From Hemiscyllium ocellatum (taxonomy: Eukaryota), in the NCBI RefSeq assembly GCF_020745735.1, contig NC_083409.1, positions 8,483,534-8,547,533 of the forward strand: 64,000 nt of DNA. Direction: 5' to 3'. The notes under the pieces were generated by a model. That model was not told where the DNA came from. It was given only the letters and a program-made list of their open reading frames with translations, and ran no database searches. A program made the translations under genes and the position numbers. Below are positions 35,601-48,210 of the stretch, piece by piece (the first letter of the stretch is position 1; each line of letters starts with the position of its first letter).

Positions 35601-38600
35601 GTCAAGAGATTGGGAGGGCGAGAGAGGGGTAGGCAAGAGGGGAGATGGCGAGAGAGTGGGGAGGGCGAGAGAAGGGAAGGCGAGAGAGGGGATGGCGAGA
35701 GTGTGTGAGAAGATGAGATACGGAGGAAGGGAGGGGAGGGTGAGAGAGGTGGCGAAAGAGCTTTAGGGAGGGGGATGGTGAAGAAAGGGGTGAGGGTGAG
35801 AGAGGAGAGGGTGAGAGAATAAGGAGGGCGAGAGTGGGAAGTGAGTGACATGAGGGCGAGAGAGGGGGAGAAAGGGAGGGGAATGCGTGAGGGAGGAAGT
35901 GGGCGAGAGAGGAAAGGAATGGGAGGGAGAAAGAGGGGAAGGGCGAGACACTGGGAAGGGCAAGAGAGGAGAGGGCGAGAAAGTGGGAAGGCAAGAGTGG
36001 AGAGGGCAAGAGAGGGAAAGTGACAGATGGGGAGGGTGAGAGGGGAGGGCGACAGAGTGGGAGGGCGAGAAAATGGGAGGGCTTGGGGGGTGAGGGGGAG
36101 AGGGCGAGAGAGAGGCGGGAGGACGAGAGAGGAGAATGCAAGGGAGGTGATGGTGAGAGGGTGGGATGACGAGAGAGGGGTAGGTGAGAGGGGAAAGGGC
36201 AAGGGAGTGGGGATGGCGAGAGAGGGGAAAGTGAGAGAAGGGGCGGTGAGAGTGTTGGAGAAGATAAGAGAGGGGAGGAAGGGAGGGGAGGAAGGGCGGT
36301 GAGTGCGGGAGAGGAGGCGAGAGGGCGAAGAGGGGAGGATGAGAGAGGGGAGTAAGAGAAAGGGCAGAGGGCGAGAGAGGGGAGGGCGAGATAGGGAAAC
36401 GCGAGAGAGGGGAGGGAGGAGCGGAGTGCGAGTGAGGGGAGTGGGGGAGAGAGAGGGGACAGAGGGAGGGGAGGGCGAGAGTGAGGAGGGAGGGATGGAG
36501 GGTGAGCGAGGTAGAGGGCGAGAGATGGGGAGGCCAGGAGAGGGGGAGGGTGAGAGAGGGGTCAGGGCGAAAGGGGGGAGGGCGAGGGGGGGAGGCTGAC
36601 GGAGGGGAGGGCGCGATATGGGGGAGGGCGACAGCGGGAGTACGAGGGAGGGGAGGGTTAGTGAGGGCAGGGCGAGAAAGGGGATGGCGAGAGAGGGGAC
36701 GGTGAGAGAGGGGCAGGTGACAGAGTGGAGGGTGACAGAGGAGGAAGGCGAGAGAGAGGGGAGAGTGAGAGAAGGGTGGGCGAGAGAGGGGAGAGTCAGA
36801 GAGGGTAGGGTGAGAGAGGGGGGAGGGCAGGAGAGGGGAAGGGTGAGTGAGGGGAGGGCGAGAGACGGGAGGGCAAGATAGGGGAGGGTGAGTGAGGGGA
36901 GGGCGAAAGACGGTGCGTGCGAGAGGGGGCAGGGCGAGAAAGGGGAGGGCGAGAGAGTTGGAGGGCGACAGAGGGGGACAGTGAGAGAGGAGATGGCGAG
37001 AGAGGGGGAGGGCGAGAGAGAGGAAGGGCATAAGGGGGAAGGAGGAAGGGGAGGGAGAGAGGGTGGGAGAAGACGATAGAGGGGAGGAAGGTAGGGGAGT
37101 GCATGAGGGAGGGAGAGGGCGACAGAGGGGAGGGAGGGGAGGGAGAAAGAGGGGAAGGGCGACAGAGGGGAATAGCGAGAGAGGAGAGGGCGAAAAGTGG
37201 GAGGGCAAGAGAGCAGAGGGCGAGAGAGGAGAGGGCAAGAAAGTGAGAGGGCAAGAGTGGAGAGGGCAAGAGAGGGAAAGGTGAGAGACAAAGAGGGTGA
37301 GAGAGGGGAGAGCGAGAGAGTGGGGAGGGCGAGAGAGAGGAATGCGAGGGAGGTGATGGCGAGAGGTGGAGCGCGAGAGAGTGGGAGGGCGAAAGAGAGT
37401 AGGTGAGAGGGTACAGGGCGAGAGAGTGGGGATGGCGAGAAAGGGGTAGACGAGAGAACTGACGGCGAGAGGGTGGGAAAAGATGAGAGAGGGGAGGAAG
37501 GGAGGGGAGGAAGGGAGGGGAGGGCGAGAGAGGAGGGCGAGAGGGTGAACGGGGAGGGTGCTAGAGAGGAGTAAGAGAAAGGGCTGTGGGCGAGGGAGGG
37601 GAGGGCGAGATAGGGGAGGGCGAGATAGGGGAAGGTGAGAGAGGGGAGGGAGGGAGCAGAGTGCAAGTGAGGGGAGAGGGAGAGAGGGGGAAGAGGAAGG
37701 GGTGGGTGATAGGAAGGAGAGGGTGAGAGAGAGGAGGGAGGGATAGAGGGCGAGCGAGGTAGAGGGCGAGAGAGGGGAGGGGAGAGATGGGGTAGGGCGA
37801 GAGGTGGGAGGTCGAGGGAGGGGAGGCTGAGCCAGGGGAGGCCGAGATAGGGGGAGGGCGAGAGCGGGAGTACGAGGGAGAGGAGGGTGAGTGAGGGCAG
37901 GGCGAGAGAGGCGGACGCCGAGAAGGGGCAGGGCGAGAAAAGGGATGGCGAGAGAGGGAACTGTGAGAGAGGGGCGGGTGAGAGATGGAGGGTGAGAGAG
38001 GGAGGGTGAGAGAGGAGGAGGGCGAGTGAGAGGGGAGGGTGAGAGGAGGGTGGACGAGAGAGGGGAATGTGAGAGAAGCGCGGGCGAAAGAGAGGGAAGC
38101 TCGAGACAGGGGATAGCGAGGGAGCTGGGCGACAGGCGGGAGGACGAGGGAGGGAAGGCCGAGAGAGGGGGAGGGCGAGAGAGGATCCGAAAGAGTCTTA
38201 GGGAGGGGTGGTCAAGAGAGAGGTGAGGGTGAGAGAGGGGAGGGCGAGAGAGTGGGAAGGGCAAGAGTGGGAAGGGAGGGAAGGGAGGGAGGGGAGGGCG
38301 AGAGAGGGGAGGGAGGGGAGTGAGAAAGAGGAGAGGGCGAGGAAGTGGGAGGGCAAGACAGGAGAGAGCGAGAGAGGGAAGGGTGAGAGACGGGGAGGGC
38401 GAGAGAGGTGAGGGCGAAAGAGTGGGAGGGCGAGAGAATGGGAAGGCGAGAGAGGGTAGGGCGAGAGAGTGTGAGGGCGAGAGAATGGGTAAGCAAGGGA
38501 GGGGAGGATGAGAGGCGAGAAGGCAAGAGAGTGGGGAGGGCGAGAGAGTGGAAGGCGAGGGAGGGGATGGCGTGAGGGTGGGAGGGCGAGAGAGTTGGGT

Positions 38601-41600
38601 GAGCAAGAGATGGGAAGGCGAGAGAGGGAGGGCGACAGAGTGGGTAGGCAAGAGACTGGGAGAGCGAGAGCGCGGTTGGTGAGAGTGGAGAGGGCGAGAG
38701 TGTGGGGAGGGTGAAGAGGGGAGGGCGAGAGAGGGGACTAAGAGAGAGGGGAGAGGGTGAGAGAGGGGCAGGCGAGATAGGGAAAGGTCGAGAGAGGGCA
38801 GGGAGGGAGGGGAGCGCGAGTGAGGATAGAGGGCGAGAATGGGGACAGAGGGAGGGGAAAGCGATCGGCGAGGGAATGGAGGGTGGGAGGTGAGGGTGAG
38901 GAGGAGGGAGAGTGCGAGACAGGGGAGATGGAGGGTGAGGGCAAGAGAGGGAGATGCAAGGAGGGGAGAACGTGCGTGAGAGAGAGGGTGACAGAGGAGA
39001 GGGAGGGAGGGGAGGGCGAGAGATGTGGAGGACGAGGGAGGTGAGGGAGGGAGGGGGATGGCGGGAGAGGGGGAGGGCGAGAGAGGGGGTGAAAGAGTTT
39101 TAGAGAGGGAGGGGTGGTCAAGAGAAAGTTGTGGGTGAGAGGGGGGAGTGCAAGAGAGGTGAGGGCAAGAGAGGAGGAGGGAGGGGGGAGTGCATGAGGG
39201 AAGGAGTAGGCGAGATGGGGAGGAAGGGGAGAGTGAAAGAGGGGAAGGGCGAGAGAGGAGAAGGCGAGAGAGGGAAGTGTGAGAGACGAGGAGGGCGAGA
39301 GAGGAGAGGGCGAGAGAGTGGGAGGGCGAGAGAATGGGAGGGGAGAGCAGGAGTACGAGGGAGGGGAGGGTGAGTGAGGGCAGGGCGAGAGAGGGGGAAG
39401 GGCAGGGCGAGAAGGGGCAAGGTGAGAAAGGGGAGGGCGAGAGAGGGGACTGTGAGAGAGGGGTGGGCGAGAGAGTGGAGGATGAGAGAGGAGGAGGGCG
39501 AGAGAGAGGGGAGGGTGAGAGAAGGGTGGGCGAGACAGGAGAGGGCGAGACAGGGGGAGGGCAGGAGAGGGGAAGGGAGAGAGGAGGGAGGGAGAGAGTG
39601 CCGGGCAACAGGTGGAAGGGCGAGGGAGGGATGGCCGAGAGATGGGGAGGGCGAGAGGTGGGAGGACGAGAGAGGGGAGGAAGGAAGGGGAGGGTGAGAG
39701 CGGAGGTGAAAGAATTTAGGGAGGGAGGGTGGTCAAGAGAGAGGTGAGGGTGAGAGAGGGGAGGGCGAGAGAGTGGGGAGGGCAAGAGTGGGAAGGGAGG
39801 GAAGGGAGGGAGGGGAGGGTGAGAGAGGGGGAGGGAGGGGAGTGCGTGAGGGAGAGAGTGGGCGAGAGAGCGGAAGGAGGGGAGTGAGAAAGAGGAGAGG
39901 GCGAGAAAGTGTGAGGGCAAGACGGGAGAGAGCGAGAGAGGGAAGGGTGAGAGACGGGGAGGGCGAGAGAGGGGAGGGCGAGAGAGTGGGAGGGCGAGAG
40001 AATGGGAAGGCGAGAGAGGGGTGGGCGAGAGAGTGGGAGGGCGAGAGAATGGGAAAGCGAGGGAGGGGAGGATGAGAGGCGAGAAGGCGAGAGAGTGGGG
40101 AGGGCGAGAGAGAGGGGAGTGTGAGAGAAGGGTGGGCGAGACAGGGGAGGGCGAGAGAGGGGAGGGCAGGAGAGGGGAAGGGCGAGAGGAGGGAGGGAGA
40201 GGGAGCGGGGCAACAGGTGGAAGGGCGAGGGAGGGGTGGCCGAGGGATGGGGAGGGCGAGAGGTGGGAGGACGAGAGAGGGGAGGGAGAGTGAGGGGAGG
40301 GTGAGAGAGGGGGGTGAGAGGGGTCAGGGCGAGAAAGGGGAGAGCGATAGAGTTGGAGGGCCACAGAGGGGGATGGTGAGAGAGGAGACGGCGAGAGAAG
40401 GGGTTGGCGAGAGAGAGGGACGGGCACTGGGGGAAGGAGGAAGGGCAGGGAGAGAGGGTGGGAAATGACGATAGAGGGGAGGAAGGAAGGGGAGGGCGAG
40501 AGAGGAGCCGAAAGAGTTTAGGGAGGGAGGGTGGTCAAGAGAGAGGTGAGGGTGAGAGAGGGGAGGGCGAGAAAGTGAGGAGGGCAAGAGTGGGAAGGGA
40601 GGGAGGGGAGGGTGAGAGAGGGGGAGGGAGGGAGGGGAGTGCGTGAGGGAGAGAGTGGGCGAGAGAGCGGAGGGAGGGGAGTGAGAAAGAGGAGAGGGCG
40701 AGAAAGTGTGAGGGCAAGACAGGAGAGAGCGAGAGAGGGAAGGGTGAGAGACGGGGAGGGCAAGAGAGGGGAGGGCGAGAGAGTGGGGAGGGTGAGAGAG
40801 TGGAAGGCGAGGGAGGGGATGGCGTGAGGGTGGGAGGGCGAGACAGTGGGGTGGGCGAGTGAGGGGAAGGCGAGAGAGGGAGGGCGACAGAGTGGGAAGG
40901 CAAGAGAGGGGGGAGGGCGAGAGCGGAGAGGGTGAGTGAGGGGAGGGCGAGAGCGGGGGAGGGCGAGAGGGGCAGGGGAGAAACGGGAGGGCGAGAGAGG
41001 GGGAATGCAACAGAGGGGGACGGTGATAGAGGGGAGGACGAGAGACCGGGACAGCGAGAGAGAGGGAAGAGCATGGGGGGAGGGAGGAAGAGGAGTGAGA
41101 GAGGGTGAGAGAAGATGACAGAGGGGAGGAAGGGAGGAGAGGGCGAGAAAGGAGGTGAAAGTGTTTTAGAGGGAGGGGTGAGGGTGAGAGAGGGGAGAGC
41201 AAGAGGGGAGGGCGAGAGATGAGGAGGGGGAGTGCGTGAGGGAGGGAGTGGGCGAGATGGGGAGGGAGGGGAAGGCAAAAGAGGGGAAGGGCGAGAGAGG
41301 AGAGGGCGAGAGAGGGAAGGGTGAGAGACGGGGAGGGCGAGAGAGGGGAGGGCGAAAGAGTTGGAGGGATAGAGAGTGGGAGGCCGAGATGGGGGAGGGT
41401 GTGAGGGGCAAGGGCGAGAGAGTGGAGAGGGAGAGAGCAGGGAAGGTGAAAGAGGCGAGGGCGAGAGAGTGTGTAGGCGAGAGAATGAGAGGGTGAGAGA
41501 GTGGAGGATGAGAGAGGAGGAGGGCGAGAGAGAGAGGGGAGGGTGAGAGAAGAGTGGAGCGAGGGAATGGAAATCGAGAGGAAGGGAGAGGGCAAGAGAA

Positions 41601-42381
41601 GGGAGGGTGTGAGAGGGGGAGGATGAGAGAGAGAGGAGGGCGTGAGAGGTGAGGGAGGGAGGGGAGAGCGTGAGGGAGGGAGAGGGCAAGAGAGGGGAGG
41701 GAGAGAGAGGAGGTGAAAGAGTGGAGGGAGAGAGGGGTGGGCAAGAGAGGGGTGAGAGTGAGAGGGACAGGGAGAGAGAGGGGAGGGCGTAAGCGGGGAG
41801 GGAGAGATGGAAGGGCGAGAGAGGGGCAGACGAGAGAGGGAAGAGGTAGGGGAGGGCGATAGGGTGGAAGAAGACGAGAGGGGGAAGGTGGTATGGGACG
41901 GCGAGAAAATTGTGAGGGCGAGAGAGGGGGGGACAAGAGAGGGGTGGATGAGAGATCAGAGTGCAGGGAAGGGCGGGCGAGTGGACGGAGAGCGAGAGAG
42001 GGGGAGGGCGAGAGAGTGTTGAGGGTGAGAGAGTGGAACACGAGAGAAGGGGAGGGTGAGAGAGAGGACAGGGTGTGATAGGGGAGGGAGGGAGGAGCGG
42101 GCGAGTAGCTGGGAGAAGACGAGAGAGGCGAGGGAGGGAGGGGAGTGCAAGAGAGGAGGGTGAGAGAGAGGAGAGAGGGAGGGGAGGAGAAGAGAATCGT
42201 GAGGGCGAGAGAGAGGAGGGCGAGGGAGGTTTGTGGGTAAGAGAGGGGAAGGCGAGAGAGGGGTGAGGTTGAGAGAGAGGGCAGGGTGTGAGAGGGGAGG
42301 GAGGGAGGTGAGGGCGAGTAGCTGGGAGAAGACGAAAGAGGCGAGGTAGGGAGGGGAGGGCGAGAGTGGAGGGAGGGAGGG
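32655..42381 (+). repeat. ~9.7-kb degenerate polypurine satellite, basic unit about GGGAGGGCGAGAGAG (15 bp)
   Basis: Plus strand overwhelmingly G/A; recurrent GGGCGAGAGAG and variants; minus-strand translations repeat LALPS/SRPPL. Confidence 0.95.
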
Positions 42382-43330
42382 TAGCACTCATTCTCCGTAC
42401 AGACACGCTGAAATAGCACTTCCTCAGAACTGACAATCTCACTGTGTAGCACTCCCTCAGTCCTGACGTTTTCATAGTGTGTGGTCCCTCAGTGCTGACT
42501 TTCTGATTGTGCAGTGCTCTCCCAGTACAGAGTCTTTGACAGTGTGGCATTCCCTCTGAACTGAACTTCTGATGGTGTGGTACTCCTGCAGCACTGACCC
42601 TTTGACAGTGTAGCACTCCCACATTACTGACCCTCTGACAGTGCAGCACTCCCTCAATACTGACCCTCTGATAGTGCAGCACTCCCTCAGGACTGACCCC
42701 CTGACAGTGCAGCACTCCCTCAGTACAGACACGCTGACAGTGCAGCACTCCCTCAGCACTGACCCTCTGACAGTACAGCATTCCCTCAGCACTGAACATC
42801 TGACAATGCAACAGTCCCTCAGTACTGGCCTTTTGACAGTGTAAGACTCCCTCAGTACTGTCTCTCTGACAGTTGAACACTTCCTCAGTACTGACCCTCC
42901 GACAGTGCAGCACTCCCTCAATACTGACCCACTCATAGTATAGCACTCCCTCAGTACTGACCCTCTGACAGTTCTGCACTCCCTCAGTACTGATCCTCTC
43001 ACAGTTAAGCATTCCCTCAGTCCTGACCCTCTGACAGTGCAACGTTCCCTCCGTACTGGCTCTCTGACAGTGCGGTGCTCCCTCAATACTGTCCATCTCA
43101 CAGAGCAGCACTCCCTTAGTACTGACCCTCTGACAGCGCGACACTCCCTCAGGACTGACCTTCTGAAAGTCTGCACTCCCACACTACTGACCCTCTGACA
43201 GTGCAGCACTCTCTCAGTACTGATCCTCTGACATGCAGCACTCCCTCAATACTGATCCTCTGACAGTGCAGCACTCTCTCAGGACTGACCTTCTGAAAGT
43301 GCTGCACTCCCTCAATACTGACCGTGAAAG
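42382..43330. repeat. 33-bp minisatellite (CAGCACTCCCTCAGTACTGACCCTCTGACAGTG), roughly 28-29 units
   Basis: Directly visible unit; minus ORFs show 11-aa period VLRECCTVRGS. Confidence 0.95.
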
Positions 43331-43334
43331 TAGT

Positions 43335-45180
43335 ACCAATCTGAAGTGAGGAATTAAAAGGGCTAAAAGGAGACACAAAATATCATTAACAAACAGGATT
43401 AAGGAAAATCCCAAATCCTTTTATTCATATATTAGGAACAAGTGGGTGACTAGAGAAAGGGTTGGCCCACTCAAGGACAAAGGAGGAAAGTTATGTGTGG
43501 AGTCAGAGAAAATGGATGAGATTTTTAATGAGTGCTTTACGTCGGTATTCACCAAGGAGAGGGAAATGACAGATGTTGAAGTTGGGGATAGGTGTTTGAT
43601 TACTCGAGGTCAAGTCGATTTAAGGAGGGAGGAAGTGTTGGGTATTTTAAAAAGCATCAAGGTGGACAAGTCCCCAGGTCGGGATGGGATCGATCCCAGC
43701 TTACTGAGGGAAGCAACAGAGGAAATAGCTGGGGCCTTAATCGATATCTTTGTACCAATCTTGAACATGGATGAGGTCCCAGAGGACTGGAGAATTGCTC
43801 ATGTTTAAGAAGGGTAGCCAGGATAATCCAGGTAACTATCAACCAGTGAGCCTGACGTAGTGGTAGGGAAGCTGCTGGAGAAGATACTGAGGGATAAGAT
43901 CTATTTACATTTGGAAGAAAATTGACTTATCAGTTATAGGCAGCATGAATTTGTGCAGGGAATGTCATGTCTTACCAACTTTATAGAATTTTTTGCAGAA
44001 GTAATGAAGTTGATTGATGATGGAAGAGCTGTGGATGTCATACACATGGATTTCAGGAATGCGTTTGATAAAGTTCCTCATGGTAGCCTGATAAAGCAAT
44101 TTAAGTCGCATGGGGTCCAGAGTGTACTCACTAGATGGAGAGAGAACAGGCTGCACAACAGGAGACAGACAGTGGTAGTGGAGGGGAGTTTCTCAAAATG
44201 GAGAACAGGAATCCGTGCTGGTACCGCTCTTGTTTTGGAAAGACATAAATGATCTGGAGGAAGGGATACGTGATCTGATTCGCAAGTTTGCAGATGATAC
44301 TAATGTTGGTGGAGTAGCAGATAGTGAAGGGGACTTTCAGAGAATGTAGCAGAATATAGATAGATTGGACAGTTGGGCAGAGAAACGGATGGATGGAGTT
44401 CAAACCAGGCAAATGCGATCTGATGAATTTTGGAAGATCCAAATCTGGAGTAAACTGTACGGTGAATGGAACACCCTGGGAAAATTGATGCCCAAAGAGA
44501 CCTCGGTGTTCAGGTCCACTGTACCCTGGAGGTGACAACACAGGTCGATAGAGTGGTCAAGAAGGCGTATGGCATGTCTTCCTTCATCAAACGTGGTATT
44601 CAGTACAAGAGTTAGAAGGTCATATTAGAATTATATCAGATTTTGGCTTGGCCAGATTTGGAATATTGCCTCCAGTTCTGCTTGCCACATTACCAGAAAG
44701 ATGTGGATGCTGTGGAGAGGGTGCAGAGGAGGTTCAGCAGGATTGCCTGGTATGGAGGGCACTAGCTATGAAAGTTTAATAGATTACGATTATTCTCATT
44801 AGAAAGTTGAACGTTGCCGGGGGACCTGATTGGGGTCTACAAAATCATGAGAGGTACAGACAGGATGGATAGCAAGAAGCTTTTTCCCAGAGTGGGGGAC
44901 TCAATTACTCGGGGGTCATGAGTTCAAGGTGAGAGTGGAAACATTTAAGGGAGATATGCGTGGAAAGTCCTACACACAGAGAGTGATTGGTCCTGAACAC
45001 GCTGCCAGTGGAGGAGGTAGAGGCGGACACAACAGCATCATTTAAGATTTATCTAGATAGATACATGGATGGGCGGGGAGCAAAGGGAAACAGACCTTTG
45101 GAAAATTGATGACAGGTTTAGATGGAGGATATGTACCAGTGCAGGCTAGTAGGGCCGAAGGGCCAGTTCTTGTGCTGTAA
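43335..45180 (+). mobile_element. Decayed CR1 ORF2 (RT) with 3' tail
   Basis: KENPKSFYSYIR, KSPGRDGI, EDWRIAHV, FADD; GGGCCGAAGGGCC hairpin near 45152. Confidence 0.9.
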
Positions 45181-45199
45181 TTTTCGTTGTTTGTTCTTT

Positions 45200-46490
45200 G
45201 AACTGAGGACGCTCAAAGGAACATAGTGATCTTGGGGTGCTTCTCCACTGATCCCTGAATATGGCAAGACAGGTTAACAGAGCAGTTATGAAGGCATAGG
45301 GGACACTTGGCTTGGTCATTTCAGATATTGGCTATAAAAGCAGGAGGAGATGTTGCAGTTAAGCAGAACATTGGTGAGGCCACAGGTGGAGTACTGTGTG
45401 CAGTTCAGGTCACCACACTGTAGGAAGGAGGTGATTGCACTGGATGGGGTGCAGAGGGGAATCACCAGGATGTTGTGTGGGATGGAACCTCTCAGTGATG
45501 ATGAGAAATTGGATCAGCTCGGGTTGTTTTCTTCAGAGCAGAGAAGGTAGAGGGGGGGGACCTGATCGAGGTGTAGAAGGTGATGAGGGGAATGGACAGG
45601 GAGGATAGAAAGCAGCTGTTCTCCTTCGTTGGAGGGTCAATAACAAGTTGGCTCACATTCAATGTCAAAGATAGGAGGTCTCAAGATGTTTTGAGGCAAG
45701 TGTTTTTTACCCAGATGATGGTGGGGGTCTGGAATTCACAGCCTGGGAAGGTAGTTGAGGTGGGAAACCTCACAAACTTTAAAAAGTACTTGGGTGAGCA
45801 GTTAAAATGCCATAATATTCAAGCTATGGGCCTCATGCTGGGAAGTGGGACTGGTATAGGTTTAGTGTAGTTTGGCTGGTACACAGTTAATGGGCTGAAG
45901 GGCCTCTTCTATACTGTGTGATTTTATGGTTCTGTTGTGTGCAGTTTTGTTTTCCTTATCTGAGGAAGGATGTTCTGGCTGTGGAGGGAGGGCAGCGAAG
46001 GTTTACCAGACTGATTCCTGGAATGTCAGCACTTAGATCTGATGAGAAACTGGATTGGTTAGGATTATATTCACTGGAGATTAGAAATTTGAGAGGAATC
46101 ACATTGAAACCTGTAAAATCCTAACAGGGCAAGACGGGAAAGCACAAGAATTATGTTCCTGATGACTGGAGAGTTCCTGAGAGTCCAGAACCAGGAATTA
46201 CAGTTTAAAGAAAAGGGAAAGGCCATTTCGGACTGAGATGAGGAGACATTTCTTTAGCCAGAGAGTGGGAAGCTAGTGGAATATTCTGTCCCAGAAAGCA
46301 GTTGAGCCCAAAACAGTAAATGTTTTCAAGAAGGCGACAAATATAGATATTAGGACGAAAGGGATTAAAAGTTATGGGAAAAAATGGGAGCAGGGGACTA
46401 AGTTGGATGATCAGGCATGGTCATATTGACTGGCAGAGCTGACTCAAAGGGCTGAATGGCCTCCTTCTGCTCCTAGTTTCTTTGTTTCTA
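45200..46490 (+). mobile_element. Two consecutive CR1 3' portions (about 45200-45915 and 45918-46490)
   Basis: LVRPQVEYCVQFRSPH and FCFPYLRKDVLAVEGGQRRFTRLIPGM, each ending in a GGGCTGAA(G/T)GGCCT hairpin. Confidence 0.8.
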
Positions 46491-46519
46491 TGTTTGAGAG
46501 ACTGTTCATAAATATGGAA

Positions 46520-47560
46520 ACATGGAATTATAGAGTCATAGAGTCATCGAGTCCTACAGCACAGATACAGGCCCTTTGGCCCAAACTGGACCGTGCTGAC
46601 CAACATATCCATCCACACTAACCCCATTTCTCTGCACTTGGCCCATATCCTTCAAATTACCTACTATCTATGTATTTGTCCAAATGCCTTTTAAATGTTG
46701 TTGATGTACACGCCTCAATCAATTCAGTGGCAGCTCATTCCATATGAGTACCACACTCTGTGTAAAAATGTTGTCCCTCAGGTTTCCGTTTATTCTAACC
46801 TTCAACTGATGCCCTCTAGTGCTTGATTTTCTAACCCTGGGACAAAGACTGAGTGCATTCACCCTATCCATGTCTCTCAAGATCTTATACACTTCTAAAA
46901 GATTCCCCTTAAGTCTCCGACACTCTTCAGAAAAATGTCCTAGCTTGTCCAACTTCTCCCAAAAACTCAGATGGTGAAACCTGGCAACATCCTTGTAAAT
47001 TTATTCTGCACTCTTTCCAGTTTAATAATATCCTTCATATAACAAGGTGACCAAAACTGAATACAATACTCAAAGTGCAGCCTCACCAACGTCATGTACA
47101 ATTGAAACATAACTTCCCAAGTTCTACACCCAGTGCCCTGACTGATGACGGCCAGTGTGCCAAAAGCCTTCTTCACTGCCCTGTCGAACGTGACTCAACT
47201 TTCAGAGAACTGTGCACCTGAACTCCGAGATCCCACTGTTCCACTACAGTCCTTCAGGCCTTACCATTCACCATGAAACTCCTACATTGATTTCACTTTC
47301 CAAAATGCAAGACCTCATACTTATCTACATTAAACTCAATTTATCATCTCTTTTCCCACTTCCACAGCTGATCAAGGTCCTGCTACAATATCTGATAACC
47401 TTCCTCATTGTCCACAATACCGGCTATTGCAATGTTTTCTAAATCATTGATATTGATAACAAACAGTAATGGGCCCAGCATCAATCCTGAGGCATTCCAC
47501 TAGACACAGGCCTCCAGTCTGACAAGTATCCTTCCACTATGTCCCTCTGCTTTCTCCCAT
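46520..47560 (-). mobile_element. CR1 3' portion
   Basis: Minus ORF LYMTLVRLHFEYCIQFWSPCYMKD; (ATAGAGTC) tail at 46528-46546. Confidence 0.85.
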
Positions 47561-47789
47561 TCTCGCCAGTTAGAGAAAAGTATTTATCTTTGGTTAGAAA
47601 TTAGTTTGGAGGAGACAGAGAGGAGGGAAAATGTGTTTGCTGTCCAATGAGCAAAATATGGATAGTGGTGTCCCCAGGGTACTGGGCTGGAACCTCAGCA
47701 TTTCACGATATTTCTAAATGACTTGGATGAAGGAATAGACAGCCATATATCCAAGATTGTTGATCACACTGAGTGAGGCAGTTTGGAGG

Positions 47790-48210
47790 AGATTACAGAG
47801 ATCGGAAGAGTGGAGGACAGGGAGGGACTTGAGAACAAGGATGAGGATTTGAAAATCGAGGTGTTGCTGGATCAGGAGCCAATGTAGGCACAGGGTGCAG
47901 GGGGATGGAGGAATGGGCTTTGGTGCAAGTTCGGATATGGGCAGCATAATTTGGGATGAGCTGAAGGTTACGAAGGGCTGTGATGTGTGCAAGCACAACA
48001 TTGGTATGGTCATGATTGGAGTCCCACAGGCATGACTGAGATTTTCAGTAGCTGGTCCGTGTGAGATGGAACATATGGGACTCAGATCAGCCTCAAAGAT
48101 GAGGCCAAGTTTGTAAAGAGTCTGGTTGAGCAGCAGATAGTGCTCAGGGAGAGGGATGGAGTTTATATCAGGATCTGAAGGGGATGGCTTTGATCTTACC
48201 AATGTGTTTC
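47790..48210 (-). mobile_element. L2-clade LINE 3' fragment
   Basis: LQLIPNYAAHI...LHWLLIQQHLDFQILILV matches the L2 RT C-terminal HWLP..RI.FKIL motif. Confidence 0.7.

Noticed and set aside
35290-40530. TTAGGG hexamers as interstitial telomere
   Set aside because: Single isolated copies inside the block landmark, never tandem.
32852-42266. Dozens of Arg/Gly/Glu-rich plus-strand ORFs
   Set aside because: Same low-complexity artefact; mostly alternative starts.
32655-42381. Purine array as an Ig class-switch region
   Set aside because: It lies upstream of a light-chain V and has very few AGCT/RGYW hotspots; only the G-rich strand bias is shared.
32785-42452. Very long minus-strand ORFs (up to 1554 aa) rich in Pro/Ser/Leu, resembling extensins or mucins
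   Set aside because: They are translations of the pyrimidine strand of the satellite, which rarely forms stop codons; they occur in all three frames with no splice or domain evidence.
42472-43209. 11-aa Cys/His repeat proteins (VLRECCTVRGS, CQRVSTEGVLH) suggestive of metal-binding repeats
   Set aside because: Frame-independent translation of a 33-bp minisatellite.
29526-43330. Regularly spaced repeats as CRISPR arrays
   Set aside because: Units are contiguous with no unique spacers, there are no cas genes, and the DNA is vertebrate.
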